From Octopus vulgaris (lineage: Eukaryota), in assembly GCA_951406725.2 (NCBI GenBank), contig OX597818.1, forward strand, positions 28,954,001-29,018,000: DNA of 64,000 nucleotides, read 5' to 3'. The position numbers and the translations under genes are program-made. Below are positions 1-12,937 of the stretch, one piece after another. The notes under the pieces are model-generated. The model was not told the DNA's origin and did not search any database. It worked only from the letters and a program-made list of their open reading frames with translations. Each line of letters opens with the position of its first letter. Position 1 is the stretch's first letter.

Positions 1-268
1 GAAGAAGCCCGTCATATATGTATATATATAGGTGTGTGTGTGTGTGTGTGTGTGTAAGTTTGTGTGTCTGTGTTTGTCTCCCAACATCGCTTCACAACTG
101 ATGCTGGTGTGTTTACATCCCTGTAAATTAGCAGTTCAGCAAAAGAGACTGATATAATAAGTACTAGGCTTTCAAAGAATGAGCTCTAGGGTTGATTTGC
201 TCAACTAAAGACGGTGCTCCAGCATGGCCATGGTCAAATCACTAAAACAAGTAAAAGAGTAAAAGAGA
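1..268 (+). mobile_element. 3' part of tRNA-derived SINE (family A, same as 36311-36719)
   Basis: Colinear with 36460-36719: gaagcccgtc-(TA/TG)n-...ggtgctccagcatggcca...aaacaagtaaaagagtaaaagag tail. Confidence 0.85.
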
Positions 269-455
269 TATCTATCTACCAACCGAAATTGCAAAGATAA
301 TCTGGAACTTGACTGAGGAAAGAAAACTCCAAATGAACCGTCCTTGTTTTCTTTGTATTGTCTATCTGGATGTTTTGTTGTCCCTTTTTTGTATCACCTA
401 ACTGTCTGGATGTTTTGTGTTCTTGTCCCATTATGTATTTATATATATATATATA

Positions 456-782
456 CAGTATTTTGGGGCATATAAGACACACCCCAATTTTAGTAGGCCT
501 AATCTACAAGAAAGAAATTACAGCTAACAGAAACTAAATATCTCATACATTCATATATAGGAGTCACAGAAAATTTGGACTGACATCTTTTGGTAGGTTA
601 AGTTACGGTAATTATGTTAACACTGCCAAATATCACCACTGACCTCCACTGTTGCCATTATTGTTCATCATTAATAATACTAATCAAGTCTACCCAAAGC
701 CTGACATTCAGCATATAAGGACAGGGCAATTTCTGAGGGAATTTTTAAGCAAAATGTGTGCTTTATATGCCGGAAAATATGG
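456..782. mobile_element. Non-autonomous Tc1/mariner/pogo-type MITE
   Basis: Imperfect TIRs (CAGTATTTTGGGGCATATAAGACAC versus the reverse complement of the right end, CCATATTTTCCGGCATATAAAGCAC), TA on both flanks, no coding capacity. Confidence 0.7.
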
Positions 783-879
783 TATATATAAATACACAGA
801 CATACCTATCAATGACAAACTTATACACATAATTTGCTTATATCTTTTAAGACTAGAAACATTTTGAAAATATAATAAC

Positions 880-1456
880 ATTATGCAGTCAAATGTGGGA
901 CAAGTCCAGTTGTCAACAGAGTCTATCATAAATATTGCCCCACCACCTTCCTTCGACTGGGACGGTGGCTATGATGAAAGAGTGTGTATGGTGGACTTGT
1001 TTGAAAGGTTTGGAGACGAATACTTTTCTCTCTGGCCAAACTGTCATCAACTTTTTTCAGTATTACTTGAAAAGGAAGATGAGAGTAGACAGGGAACTTT
1101 TGACTAATGAGAAGTTTAATAAAAGGTGGGTGAATGTAGCAAAGATGGTACGCATGAATGATGGACCCACTTTGAGCATGAACCTATAAAACTAAAAAGG
1201 AAAGGGTGTTTTGCTCTCATGTTTATTTTTCTGAGGTTACAGTGTTCTTTTCATAGGCTTTTCTTTCCATGGATAACCCTAGTCAGTGTTATATTTTCTA
1301 CCTCTTTTGCAAATTTCTACTGCTAAATCGTTACCTTGTCTTCTCTCTCTGTGTATGTCTCAAAACATTTTCAATCCCTATTGATCGATTTTGAAAAGAA
1401 AAATTCTACATTGTATTGTCCCCCCTGTGTTCAGCCCTGCATAGCCTAATAAAGAA
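880..1456 (+). mobile_element. 3' end of an L1/Tx1-type LINE (ORF2 C-terminus plus 3' UTR)
   Basis: ORF 935-1189 (AMMKECVWWT...FFQYYLKRKMRVDRE...FNKRW) has the K..IW...F..W pattern of L1/Tx1 ORF2 C-termini. A T-rich UTR follows, ending in AATAAAGAAA at about 1448-1457. Confidence 0.55.
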
Positions 1457-1464
1457 ATCTATCT

Positions 1465-1792
1465 TTTCTTTCAATCATTAGATTATGGCCATGCTGGGGC
1501 ACCACATTGAAGAATTTCAGTTGAATGAATTGATCTCAGTATCTATTGCTTTTAAGTCTGGTACTTACTCTATCAGTCACTTTTGCTGAACTGCTAAGTT
1601 ATAGGGACATACACGCACCAACATTAGTTTTCAAGTGGAGGTGATGAACAAACACATACATACATACATATATATGTGATGGGTTTCTTTCAATTTCTGT
1701 CTACCAGATCCACTCACAATGCTTTGGTTGATGAGACAATACTAGAAGACATTTGCCCAAGGTGCCACACAGTGGGACTGAACCTGGAACCA
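1465..1792 (-). mobile_element. Diverged SINE family A copy
   Basis: Reverse complement of the tail (tggccatgctggggcacc), body, and CORE-like ttgcccaaggtgccacacagtgggactgaacc. Confidence 0.75.
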
Positions 1793-1796
1793 TACA

Positions 1797-1906
1797 AAAT
1801 CAGACTGGAGTCTGGTGCAATGCCTCAGCTTACCAGCTCTGGTCAAACTGTCCAACCCATGCCAGCATGAACAGCAGATGTTAAATGAAGATAATGATGA
1901 TGATGA
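1797..1906 (+). mobile_element. RTE 3' tail fragment
   Basis: gactggagtctggtgca...tccaacccatgccagcatg...(GAT)n matches 43560-43665. Confidence 0.7.
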
Positions 1907-1957
1907 TATATATATATATATAATGTGTTTATATATATTTAGAGACACCATCAGCTT

Positions 1958-2352
1958 CATCATCATCATTTAACGTCCGCTTTCCATGCTAGCATGGGTT
2001 GGACGATTTGACTGAGGTCTGGTGAACCAGACTCCAATCTGATCTGGCAGAGTTTCTACAGCTGGATGCCCTTCCTAATTCCAACCACTCCGAGAGTGTA
2101 GTGGGTGCTTTTACGTGTCACTGGCACGAAGGCCAGTTTGGTGTTACTGGCAACGACCACACCCAAATGGTGCTTTTTCCATGCCACCTGCACAGGCGCC
2201 AGTCCAGGGCACTGGCAACGACCTCACTCGAATATTTCACATGCAACCAGCACAAGTGCTAGTAAGGCGACGCGGTAATGATCACACTTGAATGGTTGCT
2301 TAACGTGCCATCGGCACGAAGGCTAGCTTGTTGCTCTGGCAACGATCTCACT
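1958..2352 (-). mobile_element. RTE 3' UTR and tail with about 4 tandem ~60-bp units
   Basis: (CAT)n, ccatgctagcatgg, ggatgcccttcctaa, then repeated gtgcttttt-acgtg-cac-ggcac units. Confidence 0.8.
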
Positions 2353-2354
2353 TG

Positions 2355-3870
2355 TTAAATTCTTAATTTTAAATCTTAATTGTAATTTTTAATTTTAATT
2401 CCTAACTTAATCTAATTTAATTAGCATAACTCTAATTAATTAAAATGAGTTACTATAGACCCATAATTCTATTTCAAAATTAAATAAATAAGGCTATTCC
2501 CTCGGTGATAATATGATTATCTTCATTATGATAGACAATCCCCTAACACCTTTTAAATGATCTTCTAAGATTTGACCTGTAGTCCGTCAATGTATGAATA
2601 ATAACGGCAACTCCTTAAGACAATAAAATGAATAAATTAAATAAGTAAATTTTAATGACTTTTTGATAAGATTATACCTAGTTTTTCCTAATGTATTTTC
2701 TGGTGTTTTTAGCATCTGACCTCTAAACCCCTAACTGTGTTATCTCTTTAGATTCTCTTTAAATTCATAGCTGATTCCAGCAGCAATAAATTAGCTGTTT
2801 TACTGGTCAAAGAATAATATTCTCCTATAATTCCTAGATGCCTGTAAATTAAAACTAGACTTGCCGTCTACTAATTCTTCTGTATAACTAGAACCCTCTT
2901 TTTTTTTTTTTTTTCTTTTTCTTTCTTCTTTCTTCTTTTTTCTTTTTTCTTTTTTCCCTTCCTTCCCTATTTCTTTCTCTTTTCTCTTTTTCTTTTTCTT
3001 CTTCTTATTCTCTTTTTCCTTTTCTCTTCTCTTTGAGTCCCCCTCCCCCCCTTTTTTGCTCCCTCCTCCTTTATTTTCTCTCTTTTCTTCTATTCCCTTC
3101 CCTTTTCTATTCTATACAGCTCTAGAAAGCCCTTCAGCCTTTAAAAGTTAAATAGCTACAGCCTCTTGTAAATAGCAGTAATGTGATTAATGTGGCAAAT
3201 ACCTAATCATATAACAAGAATTGATACCTACCTCATTGTGTTCAACCATTGATAAATTTATCGCCTGTGAATTTGAAATTCCTTGGAAATTTACATCTAC
3301 ACCATTGGAAATTGTGCATCTATACAAAGGATTAATTCACCCTCTCTGTAATGCTAATAAGCAGGAATTGAAACCCACCTCGTTGTAATTAACAATGGAT
3401 AAATTTGTCTTCTGTGAGTATGTAATCCCTCATCATATCTCTGGAAATTCATATGTGCACTATGGATTAGGTCACCTCCTCTGTGATGCTATTAAGACTT
3501 TTTTAAAATTCTGTGATAAGACTGTACATCATCTTTAAAGAACTTTAATGAACTTTTGAAATCTGTTTATGTTACTTAATTATCTACATTACTTCATGAG
3601 TATAGCCTCAACCACTAGGATGTCTAGAGAACTCACATGTATTTTAGCTGATGAGTACGGGACACGTTTATATGCTGTAATTTTTGCAACTTTTAATAAA
3701 ACCTGTCCTTGTATGAAACGATTGTACTAAAAACCTATCCATTCTTGTTGCTTCATTCTCACTTATAATCACCCCACATTACTGTATTGTTAAATCAGTA
3801 TAGTTTTTTTTTTGGTGCATCTAAGTTAGGTACCATATTCAAGTAAATTCATTTAAATTAACTTGAATCT
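2355..3870 (+). mobile_element. Probable Penelope-like element non-coding (pLTR-type) remnant
   Basis: 3380-3760 is homologous to 22570-22950 and carries a minimal hammerhead motif. There is an internal ~155-bp tandem duplication (3215-3510), and the element abuts a long (TA)n. The left boundary is uncertain. Confidence 0.5.
3642..3732 (+). ncRNA. Minimal type-I hammerhead ribozyme motif
   Basis: ttttag-CTGATGA-gtacgggaca...tgtccttgtat-GAAA-cgattg-TA-ctaaaa: stem I, core, stem II, short stem III, GUA cleavage triplet (cut after 3726). Confidence 0.75.
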
Positions 3871-3877
3871 TTATTGC

Positions 3878-3882
<5 letters not shown>

Positions 3883-3968
<86 letters not shown>

Positions 3969-3993
3969 ATATTTAATATATATATATATATAT
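3883..3993. repeat. (TA)n microsatellite
   Basis: Direct reading. Confidence 0.95.
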
Positions 3994-4779
3994 ACATTTG
4001 TTTATTTGTATATATAAATGCCATTTCATTTGTTTTGGCTATGACAAAGATATCGTTGTGAGAACAGTTCAGAATATTTTCAGTCGATCAATCAATCGAG
4101 TGATAATACTGAAACATGAACACACACAAATACATATCAGAAACAGCTATAAGCCAATAGTAAATAAATAAATTTTTATAACCCAATACTTCTGTCTATT
4201 ATATATATATACATATATATTATAATATAGGGTAAAATCATTAATAATTTTACCAGGTGGGCAGCGTGGAAATACAAAATTACCTATAAAGTTTTTATTT
4301 CCATGCTGACCACCTGATTCTACCCTTTATTATAATTAATATTTGAAAAATTTACTCCTTGATCAAAACTGTATTAACTGCAGTCTAGATCTTGACACAC
4401 TACACATGGGTATAAAGGAAAGAAGTGAATTCTACTTTGCAGTATATTTCTACGAGTGTGGATGGATATTGGTTAGGTGATGTTGCAGCTCGCATGCATA
4501 ATTTGAGATACTCATAAATTTATGCTATGGAATACTGTCGCTAATGATAGTAATAGGTTATATTTTTTTACTTTAAGCTTGAAACAGGATCTTGTATGCG
4601 GTTAACCAAAAAGTTGTTGATTCATTATTATTCTTTTGCTCACCTACAATATAGAGTTTTATTCTCGGAGATTTTAAGCTGGTAATAGGGCATTTGGTGT
4701 CTATTTCTACAGCACGTGGTGAGGTGTAAAGCTAATCCCTTGTTACAACTATGTATATAATTATTATATATATATAGGT

Positions 4780-5275
4780 TTCAGGATGTCATAAGAACTA
4801 CCATGAAGTCATTTGGAATGGATCCAAATGCCATAGAAACCCTTGCTTTGGCTTGAGCTGGATAGTGGAGAAAGTGTGGAGTGGAGTGAAAGCATTTGAA
4901 GAGGCCAGGATAACATATGCAAGACTCAAGAGAGATTTAAAGAAGAATGTTCTGATTGAGATGGTGAATTTCAGTAACCTTTTTCTGAGCACAGTTTGTG
5001 GCAGAACATGCCCTACTTTTGCTGGGCTCAAATCTCATATGTGGACCAATGAAATACAAACCTTCACCAACTATTCTGCCTATATATCTGTGCACATCTT
5101 TCAATACTATGTATGCCATAAGGTCTAAAAATCTAATGGAGGCCTCAAAAGACATTTTATTTCCACAAAGATCGGAACTTAACTGCAGATATGCAATCTA
5201 TATGGGTGTCTTTTCAATACATCGTCTGGTTTAAAAAGCCACATCAGATGCCATGATGGATCTAAGGTGTAGGTA
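4780..5275 (+). mobile_element. 3' end of a BovB-like RTE LINE with tandem C2H2-like fingers
   Basis: W...V..GVKAFEEAR...KR then CGRTCPTFAGLKSH, VCHKV*KSNGGLKRH and CNLYGCLFNTSSGLKSHIRCH. Confidence 0.6.
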
Positions 5276-5835
5276 CAAGAGGTGGCATAAGGAGTAGACA
5301 ACCACAGAAATTGTTGAGGCAGATTTTCTAAAGCTGGATGCCCTTCCTCAGCTGATTCGAAGCAAGTTATTATTTCCTCATGATCAGACCTGTTTTTACA
5401 GAAGACTAGAAAGAAATATTGCTGCTTGTCTGATGGTGATCATTGTTTATAGCAATCACATAGCATCGAAACAAGGGTATGCATACGTATGCATGTGCAC
5501 ACACACACACACAGAGTTATGCATTTGCTATTCAGGAACAGGAGAAAGCTGCTAAATGCCTGATAAATAGGAGGGGCAAATATTCCACCAAACCTCCAAA
5601 TTGAGATAAAAAATGTTGGCTCTGCTATACCACCATGGAAGATATCAAACATATCATCAGCAGCTGCCCCAAATGTCTATAAGATAATACCTGCCCCTGA
5701 GGTATGATACAGTTGCAAAGACTATTTACAATGCAATCTGCAGGAAGGACTGTCCTGATGTATACATCAAGGGCATGTCAGAACCAGCTAGTATCCATGC
5801 CTTTCAAAATATGGAATACTGGTGAAATACCCCAA

Positions 5836-6900
5836 TCATCATCATTTAGTGTCTATTATCTATGCTGGCATGGGTTAGATAGTTTGACCGAAACTGGTAA
5901 GCTGGAGAGTTGCACTAGGCTCCTGTCTGATTTGGCGTGGTTTGTACAACTGGATGCCCTTCCTAATACCAACCACTCCAAGAATGTAGTGGGTGCCTTT
6001 TACATGTCACCAGCATGGGTGCCTTTTATGTGCCACCAGCATGAGTGCCTTTTACATGTCACCAGCATAGATGCCCTTTCTGTGACACCAGCACAGGTGC
6101 TGTTCACATGTTACAGACATGGCTGTCTTTTACATGTCTTCTCAAATACATCAAATTGTCAAAGGTCTCAATCACTTGTCATTGCATCATGAGACTCAAC
6201 ATCTGAAGATAATGCTTCACTACCTCACATCATGTCTTCGTGGGTCTACCTTTTCTACAAGTTCCCACCACAGTTAGAGATTCGCACTTCTTTATGCAGC
6301 TGTCATTGTCCATATGCATCACATGACCATACCAGTGCACTCATCTCTCTTGCACACCACGTCTGATGCCACTTATGCTCAATTTTTCTCTCAAGGTGCT
6401 TACACTGCCATAAATACACACTGACATTGCACATCCAATGAAGCATATTAGCCTCATTTTCTTTTGAGCCTTCACATGTCCTCTGAAGTCATAGCTCATG
6501 TTTCACTGCCATGTACCATAGCTGTTCCCACACAAGCATCATGCAATCTGCATTTCACTCTGAGGGAGAGGCTATTAGTTACCAACAGAGACAGAAGCTC
6601 TCTGAACTTTGCCTAGCCTATTCTTATTCAAGCAACTATGTTCTTGGAGCATCCATCACCACTGATGACTTGGTCACCCAGATAACAGAAGCTATCTACC
6701 ACTTCTAAGTATCTCCATTGACATTTGATGAAGTTTATTTTTTGTACACTTCTAGTGTTTATTGTACCTATATATGTGCCACACACAAATATTACTTTCT
6801 CTAATAAAAATATCAATTTGGTGCAAACATAACAGAACTGATATTGTTCTGTGGGACAGGGAGCAAAAGTCATGCACTGTTGCAGAGGTCAGCTGCCCAG
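5836..6900 (-). mobile_element. Decayed RTE LINE, 3' portion (PHD-type family)
   Basis: (CAT)n tail, ggatgcccttcctaa, ORF remnant LEVVDSFCYLGDQVISGDGCS. Confidence 0.85.
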
Positions 6901-7459
6901 CAGATGTCAATGTACAATAAGTCCAGGAAAAAGAGAACATTTATGTTTAGAGATGGAGAAAACATGGTTATAGCAAGTGATGGTAACAGGAAGTCGGGTG
7001 GCTGAGATGTGGGGTATGGTTGATATGTCAGAGCATAGAGAATGCACAGATAGGCATGTGAGGTATAATAGAGGGACCTGCAGTGGGTGATCATGGAGGG
7101 ATGTTGAGAAGATCGACTGTAGGGGTGTTTAGTCAGAAAACAGATTATGTGCATGAATGAGTGGGGTGCATGGTCATGATGGATCTACTTATATGTATGG
7201 ATGGCCACAATTATATTTAGCTCGATGTGTCTTTTCAAGCACAACAGATCATCAGAAATCTCAGTCCCTTGTCATCTATTTGAGGCTCAACATTGGAAGA
7301 TCATTTCTCCCCTCTTTGTCCCATGTCTTCCTGGTCTACTCATTCCAGAAGTTATATAATAATAATCATAATATTTGATGATGATGATGATAATGATAAT
7401 AATAATAATGATAATAATAATAATAATAATAATAAAGGTTTCAAATTTTAGCTCAGAGG

Positions 7460-10400
7460 CAGTACACGACATCTGATGTGGCTTGTACCCAAATTTTCTC
7501 TTAAATCATTTATACTTTGTCGTATATGCACACTAGCTTCATTCCTTTGAAGCTATCACATATCCTCTGTTGTCACAGACCATGTTTCACTGCCATGTAC
7601 TATAATTGTTCATACATAGGCATCATACAATCTGCCTCTCACTCAGAGGTAGTAGCTCTTTGAAATTTGTCCAGCTGCTCTTATTTTAGCACTTATGCTT
7701 TCAAAGCATCCTCCTCCACTGCTAACTTGGTTGTCTAAGTAGTGTAAGTTATCTACTACTTCTAAAGATGCCCTGATAGACATTTGAGGAACTCTGTTTT
7801 CAGTACATTCCTAGTGCTTATTGTACCTGCACATCCGCCACACACAAAGATGACTTTCTCTGTTTACCTTCCTGTGATACTGCAGCATTTCTTATATGTC
7901 CATAACTTGCACTGGGTACACAGTATCAGATTTCTACATACATCTTTTCTACATGTTCAGTGAGCTTTCCTATTTACTAGGACCTTGTCTTTCCTAAATT
8001 AACTCTACAACCCTTTAATTCCATACACTGCTTCTACACATGAAATTTCTTCTCTTGTTCTGACAGAGATTCAGCTATAAGGACAAGGTCATCATCGTAA
8101 AAGAGTGCCCAAGGACAGCCAGTCTTAAATTCCTCTCTTATGGTTTGGAGAACTATGACAAACAAGATGGAGCTGGCAACCAAACCTTAGTGAACTCCTA
8201 CCTGTACACTAAATTCATTAATATACTCATTGCTGACTTTCACCAAACTGACAGCATCTCTGTATGTGGATTTTACAGCTCTCACAAACCACTCATCTAT
8301 ACTGACCACCAGATATGGGAGTGGGGACCCTATCAAAAGCTCTCTCTATGTCAACAAAAGACAACTGCAGGGGTATATTTTTGGTTACTGTAAAAACCCA
8401 TGTAATTTGTGCATTTTTTCGCAAAAAATAAAAAACTTTAGGGTGCATAAATTACATGAGTAGATCGTTTCCAGAATTTTTTTTAGAAATTGTTTTTTTG
8501 TTGAAAAAAGACATACAAAATGTAAACATTTATACCAGAAATTGACTCATTTAATGTCAGAATAGGTTTTTACAGAAAAAAATAAGGGCTTAGATATAAT
8601 GAAGTTTACTTTTATTTATGCTGGATGGTATATTGCTTATGTTTTCTTTATAAATTTACTAAAACCATTAATGTTTATTAGTAATTAAACTTAATTTGCA
8701 ACACCTGTGCATATTTATCTTCTTTGTTTTTGTTAATAATTCTTATCAACAACTTTTCCTGTGATTGTATGCTAAAGAACGGACATAATCTCTTGTTGGC
8801 AAGGAAAGTAAAATAAAGTTTATTATAAACAACATAAACACTTTGTAATTTAATAGCTTTTAACGTGATACCTGTTCAACAGAAATTATTTTTATTTAAT
8901 GAAAAGTTAATAAAATCTAATCATAAGTATGTGAAATTATGCTAAATACAACTAAATTGAAAACCTTTTACCCCTGGCCTTATTGGCAATTCTGAAAACT
9001 TTTGGGTGCGAATTTTACATGAGCAGAAGCTTTTATGCTTCTCCTGCAGTTGTCTTACCAGAAAGGTAGCATTAATTGTGCTTCTTCCTGGTACAAAACT
9101 GAACTGTATCACATCTAGGCTAACTCTCTTCCCAATCATTTGGACTATGACCCTCTCTGTAACTTTCATCATCTGGTTCAGCAATTTGACACTTCTGCAA
9201 TTATTTCTGTGTAAGGTATCACCTTTACTTTTTTTGCAATTGACGAAAATGTTGCTATAACAGTCATTAGGTATGACTTCATTGTGAACAAGCTGATTAA
9301 CTATGCAGGTGATGAGGCCATATCACACTCCACCAGATACTTTAAATATCTTAGTGGTGAGTCTTGATGGGCTACAGTGTTTCCTCTCTTCACATCCTTA
9401 ATTACTTTATCTACTGAACTACTGTCAATTAGGACAGACAGCTGGTCCCTCTGTTGAGTCTGTGTTAGGCTCTTCTTTACTCATGCCTTCTCTACGTTTA
9501 ACAATCTTTGACAGTGGCATTTCAGGGCCTCTTTTTTTCCAGAAACAATAATTGCAAATGAACCATGATCAATATAAATTCATTTCTCTTCTGCAACATC
9601 ACAGTTTCCTCTGGCACACTGTATTGCTATCTGAAACACCTCAAAACTCAAGTCCTTACACTACTGAACATTGGCAGACTGCTCCCTTTCTGCTTCTTCC
9701 CTAGCTACATGTACCTTTCACCCATCTTCCTTTCTGTCTACCTAATATAGTTCTCTGATGCCACAACTCTTCCATTACTTCCAACCTGTTTCTTTGTCTA
9801 ATGGCCCTGTCTACTACACTGTTCCACAACCATGTTACCCTACATCTAGTTGGGACTTTGCACCAGGCACAAATTTGGTCAGTGGCTCTCACTAAATTAT
9901 CCTGTAGAAACTCCAAGTTGTCCTCTATGTTACATGTCTGTAACCTTTCTTCATCATATGCTTCATTTAGAGTGTCTCTAAATCACTGACTATTGAAAGG
10001 ATCCTAAAGCTTCCAAATCCTTCTTTTCTAGACTGGTCTACATCTTGGAATTCTTCTATCCCGAAGTCTGAGTTCACTAATGACTAATCTATGTTGAGGG
10101 GTACATTCTTCACCCCAGAAGGTCTTTGTATTTATGAGCAACCATGTACCTTACTTTCTGGTTAAAATGTAGTGAATCTGTCTAGTGTGGCCATCAGATC
10201 AATAGTTTATCAGGTGAAGTTGGTGTTGCAGATTCTTATTCACTTATCATTATGGGAACCAACTCTCTAACCCCCATGTACACTACTGAAGCCAACTGGA
10301 TGCTGTCCAACATGCCCACTGAAGTCACCAATCATGAAAATAAGGTCACTGGCATTTGTCCTTGAAGTAGTCTGCATAGTCGATACTATTGTTCATTTGG

Positions 10401-10800
10401 CAGATATGGTTGAGGAGCATAGGTGGAAATAATTGTTGCTGTACTACTTTGTGTAACTAATCTAAGCTTAAGTATCCTCTCTCACAGTCTGAGTACCTCA
10501 ATTACCTTATCCACCAATTAATTAAATAAAAGTATGCACACACCACCTACCCCATCATTATTGTCTTCCTAGAAGATTTTATACGTATGTTCTTTGCCTG
10601 TGAGGAACCTGGATGAAGCTCCCCTCCATCCTACTTCTTGAATGCAATACACATTGGCACACTTCCACTGAGGCATCTCAACTATCTCACCAGACCTACC
10701 TTTCAATATGCCTACAGTGACAGTGTCAACTGTGAGGAAGTGAAATGGGAGATAGGAGGGAACAGGGATGGGTGACAGCATTCAGCATCTAAAAAGAAAC
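7460..10800 (-). mobile_element. Decayed near-full-length RTE LINE, interrupted at about 8386-9030
   Basis: Endonuclease N-terminus (TVTVGILKGRSGEIVEM..VYCIQEVGWRG), LNQMMKVTERVIVQ..QFSFVPGRSTINATFLVRQLQEK, and a YDDDL remnant at about 8087-8101. Confidence 0.85.
8386..9030. mobile_element. AT-rich DNA-transposon-like insertion inside the RTE
   Basis: RTE RT sequence stops at 8385 and resumes at about 9035. The insert starts TA|CTGTAAAAACCCATGTAATT with internal inverted copies gggtgc..aatt(t)acatgag (8444-8461, 9004-9023). The right TIR is incomplete. Confidence 0.5.
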
Positions 10801-11799
10801 TTTCAACAAGCATTTGCCAGTAACACACATGTCAGTTGTCCTCACAGTTAATCGACCATTATTCATTCATGTCACACTTGCTGCATCTACTGGAGGTGAG
10901 TGTGTTTTGCAAGCCTACTTAATACTAAGATAAATAAAAATTGATTAATTGATTAGTTAATTGATAGGTTCTCTTCAGTTACATTTTGGTGCAAAGCATA
11001 CAAGCTATGGCATTTGTATTACAGTAACAGAGGTGAGACACTACTGAGAGAGAAAAAAAGGAGGGAAGAGCAAAAGAAGGGTTGTTAAGAGAGATTCTGG
11101 TACAGAAGATAGGTTTTCAGAATGAGTAAATGGTGTAGGTATAGTGGGTGGTGAAAGGGTATAGGTGTTGGGGATGGGAATGAGTAGAGTGGGTATAGGT
11201 GGTGGGGCTGGAAGGGTGGGCACATTGCAAGCAAATGAAGGATCCTAACTTTAGAAAGAAAATACAAACACCATCCAGACAATAATTAAGAGAGGATATG
11301 AAAAGCTTTTTGTGAGAAATAATCACATATATTCAACAAGTCAGACTCTAGAGCCAGTACTGAAAGTTACAACACTATGCAGATGAACATATCCATGTAA
11401 ACAATGCAAATGAAGACAGAAAAACAGGTAATGGGTGTTTATGCATACCTCAGGAGGCTACTGCTCCCTCCTCAGCACCAGTGCAACACTATTAGACAGA
11501 CCAACACACATACCAATACACAGTATATAGTACAGAGTATATATAGAATATACAATAATGACATATGTGCTTGTATATGAACACATATATGTACAACTTG
11601 CATTTCTCTTTTGTAGGTAAAAACCATTTTGTAATTTTCATAAAATAAGATTGTGTGCTGGTCTTTTACCATGACCAAACTTACAACATATAAATGGCTT
11701 AGGAATCCAACCGACTTCCATCTTGACCATATAACCACTGCATCATAATCTTAAACTACTAGAGACTATACACTACTAGGCTTATTGAATTCAATGAAT

Positions 11800-12398
11800 T
11801 TGTCGCTTATGTTTGTTACTGAACATTTAGTAGATGACAACCCATTCATATGTCTCTAGTAAATAACAAAGATCTGACAAGACGATCGCAATAAAAACAA
11901 AATACAAGTATTGCAGACTTTTGATTTTGTTACAACTGAAATTCCATACCAAGACCATAAACTTCTAACAAATTTTCCAAATGCATCACTGGCTTTCTTG
12001 ATAGGTGGGAAATTTCATTATTAAGAGTATTCGTCATTTTCACAGTACTGTCTAAATACACAAATTTTTCCACAAGCAACAATTTCTGTCCATATAGATA
12101 AACACGAGTAGGCTTTGCCTTGTGCAGATTGGTATATTATGACTGTCTTTTGTAGGCTGGTTGTTAGGCTCAATGCATTGCATGCTGTTGAAAAGGAGTC
12201 CATAAGATGCTGCATATCATTCTGGGAGTGAGCATCAAGATCAATATTAAAGTCATCAATATACAGGGATTTACATATAAGAACACTTTATTTTGGCAGC
12301 AACATCATCCCCATTGTTCAGTATCCGATATAGAAACCATGTAAGCACTCCTCAAAAGCCATCGACAACACTAAAGAAAATACAAGGCAAATGAAGTT

Positions 12399-12496
<98 letters not shown>

Positions 12497-12900
12497 TGTG
12501 TGTGTATATATGTGGCTTTGTTTAACACCATTTCAACACATACTCTCAATTCTATCATGAAAACATCTAAGCTGAGGAACACACTTAACAGGACACCGAA
12601 GCTTCAGAACACTCCATAAAGAATTTCTATTTACAGGATCAAAAGTCTTCTTCAGATCAACAGAGACTTCATACAAGTCCAGCTTCTGTTCATTGCATTT
12701 CTCTTGAAGTTGCCTGACAGGATGCAAAACAAAAATCCTATCCAATATCACTCTGCCACTTCTGAAACTACACTGAGACTCAAGAAGAAGCTCCTCAGCA
12801 ATGTTGCTGGGAAGTCAATCCAGAATGAAACAAAACCTTGCTTATAAGAGAAAGAGAAGATGATTACTGTGGAATTTCTCAACTCTCATTTGTAGACAAG
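11800..12900 (-). mobile_element. Highly decayed BovB-like RTE fragment split by (TG)n
   Basis: RQLQEKCNEQKLDLYEVSVDLKKTFDPVNRNSLW..L; MQHLMDSFSTACNALSLTTSLQKT. Confidence 0.75.
12400..12505. repeat. (TG)n microsatellite
   Basis: Direct reading. Confidence 0.95.
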
Positions 12901-12937
12901 GTGTGGTGTATGCTTATATGTATGTACATCTAAGTAT

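Noticed and set aside
883-1107. Host exon (74-aa ORF)
   Set aside because: No recognisable domain; the overlapping frame is better explained as an L1/Tx1 ORF2 C-terminus.
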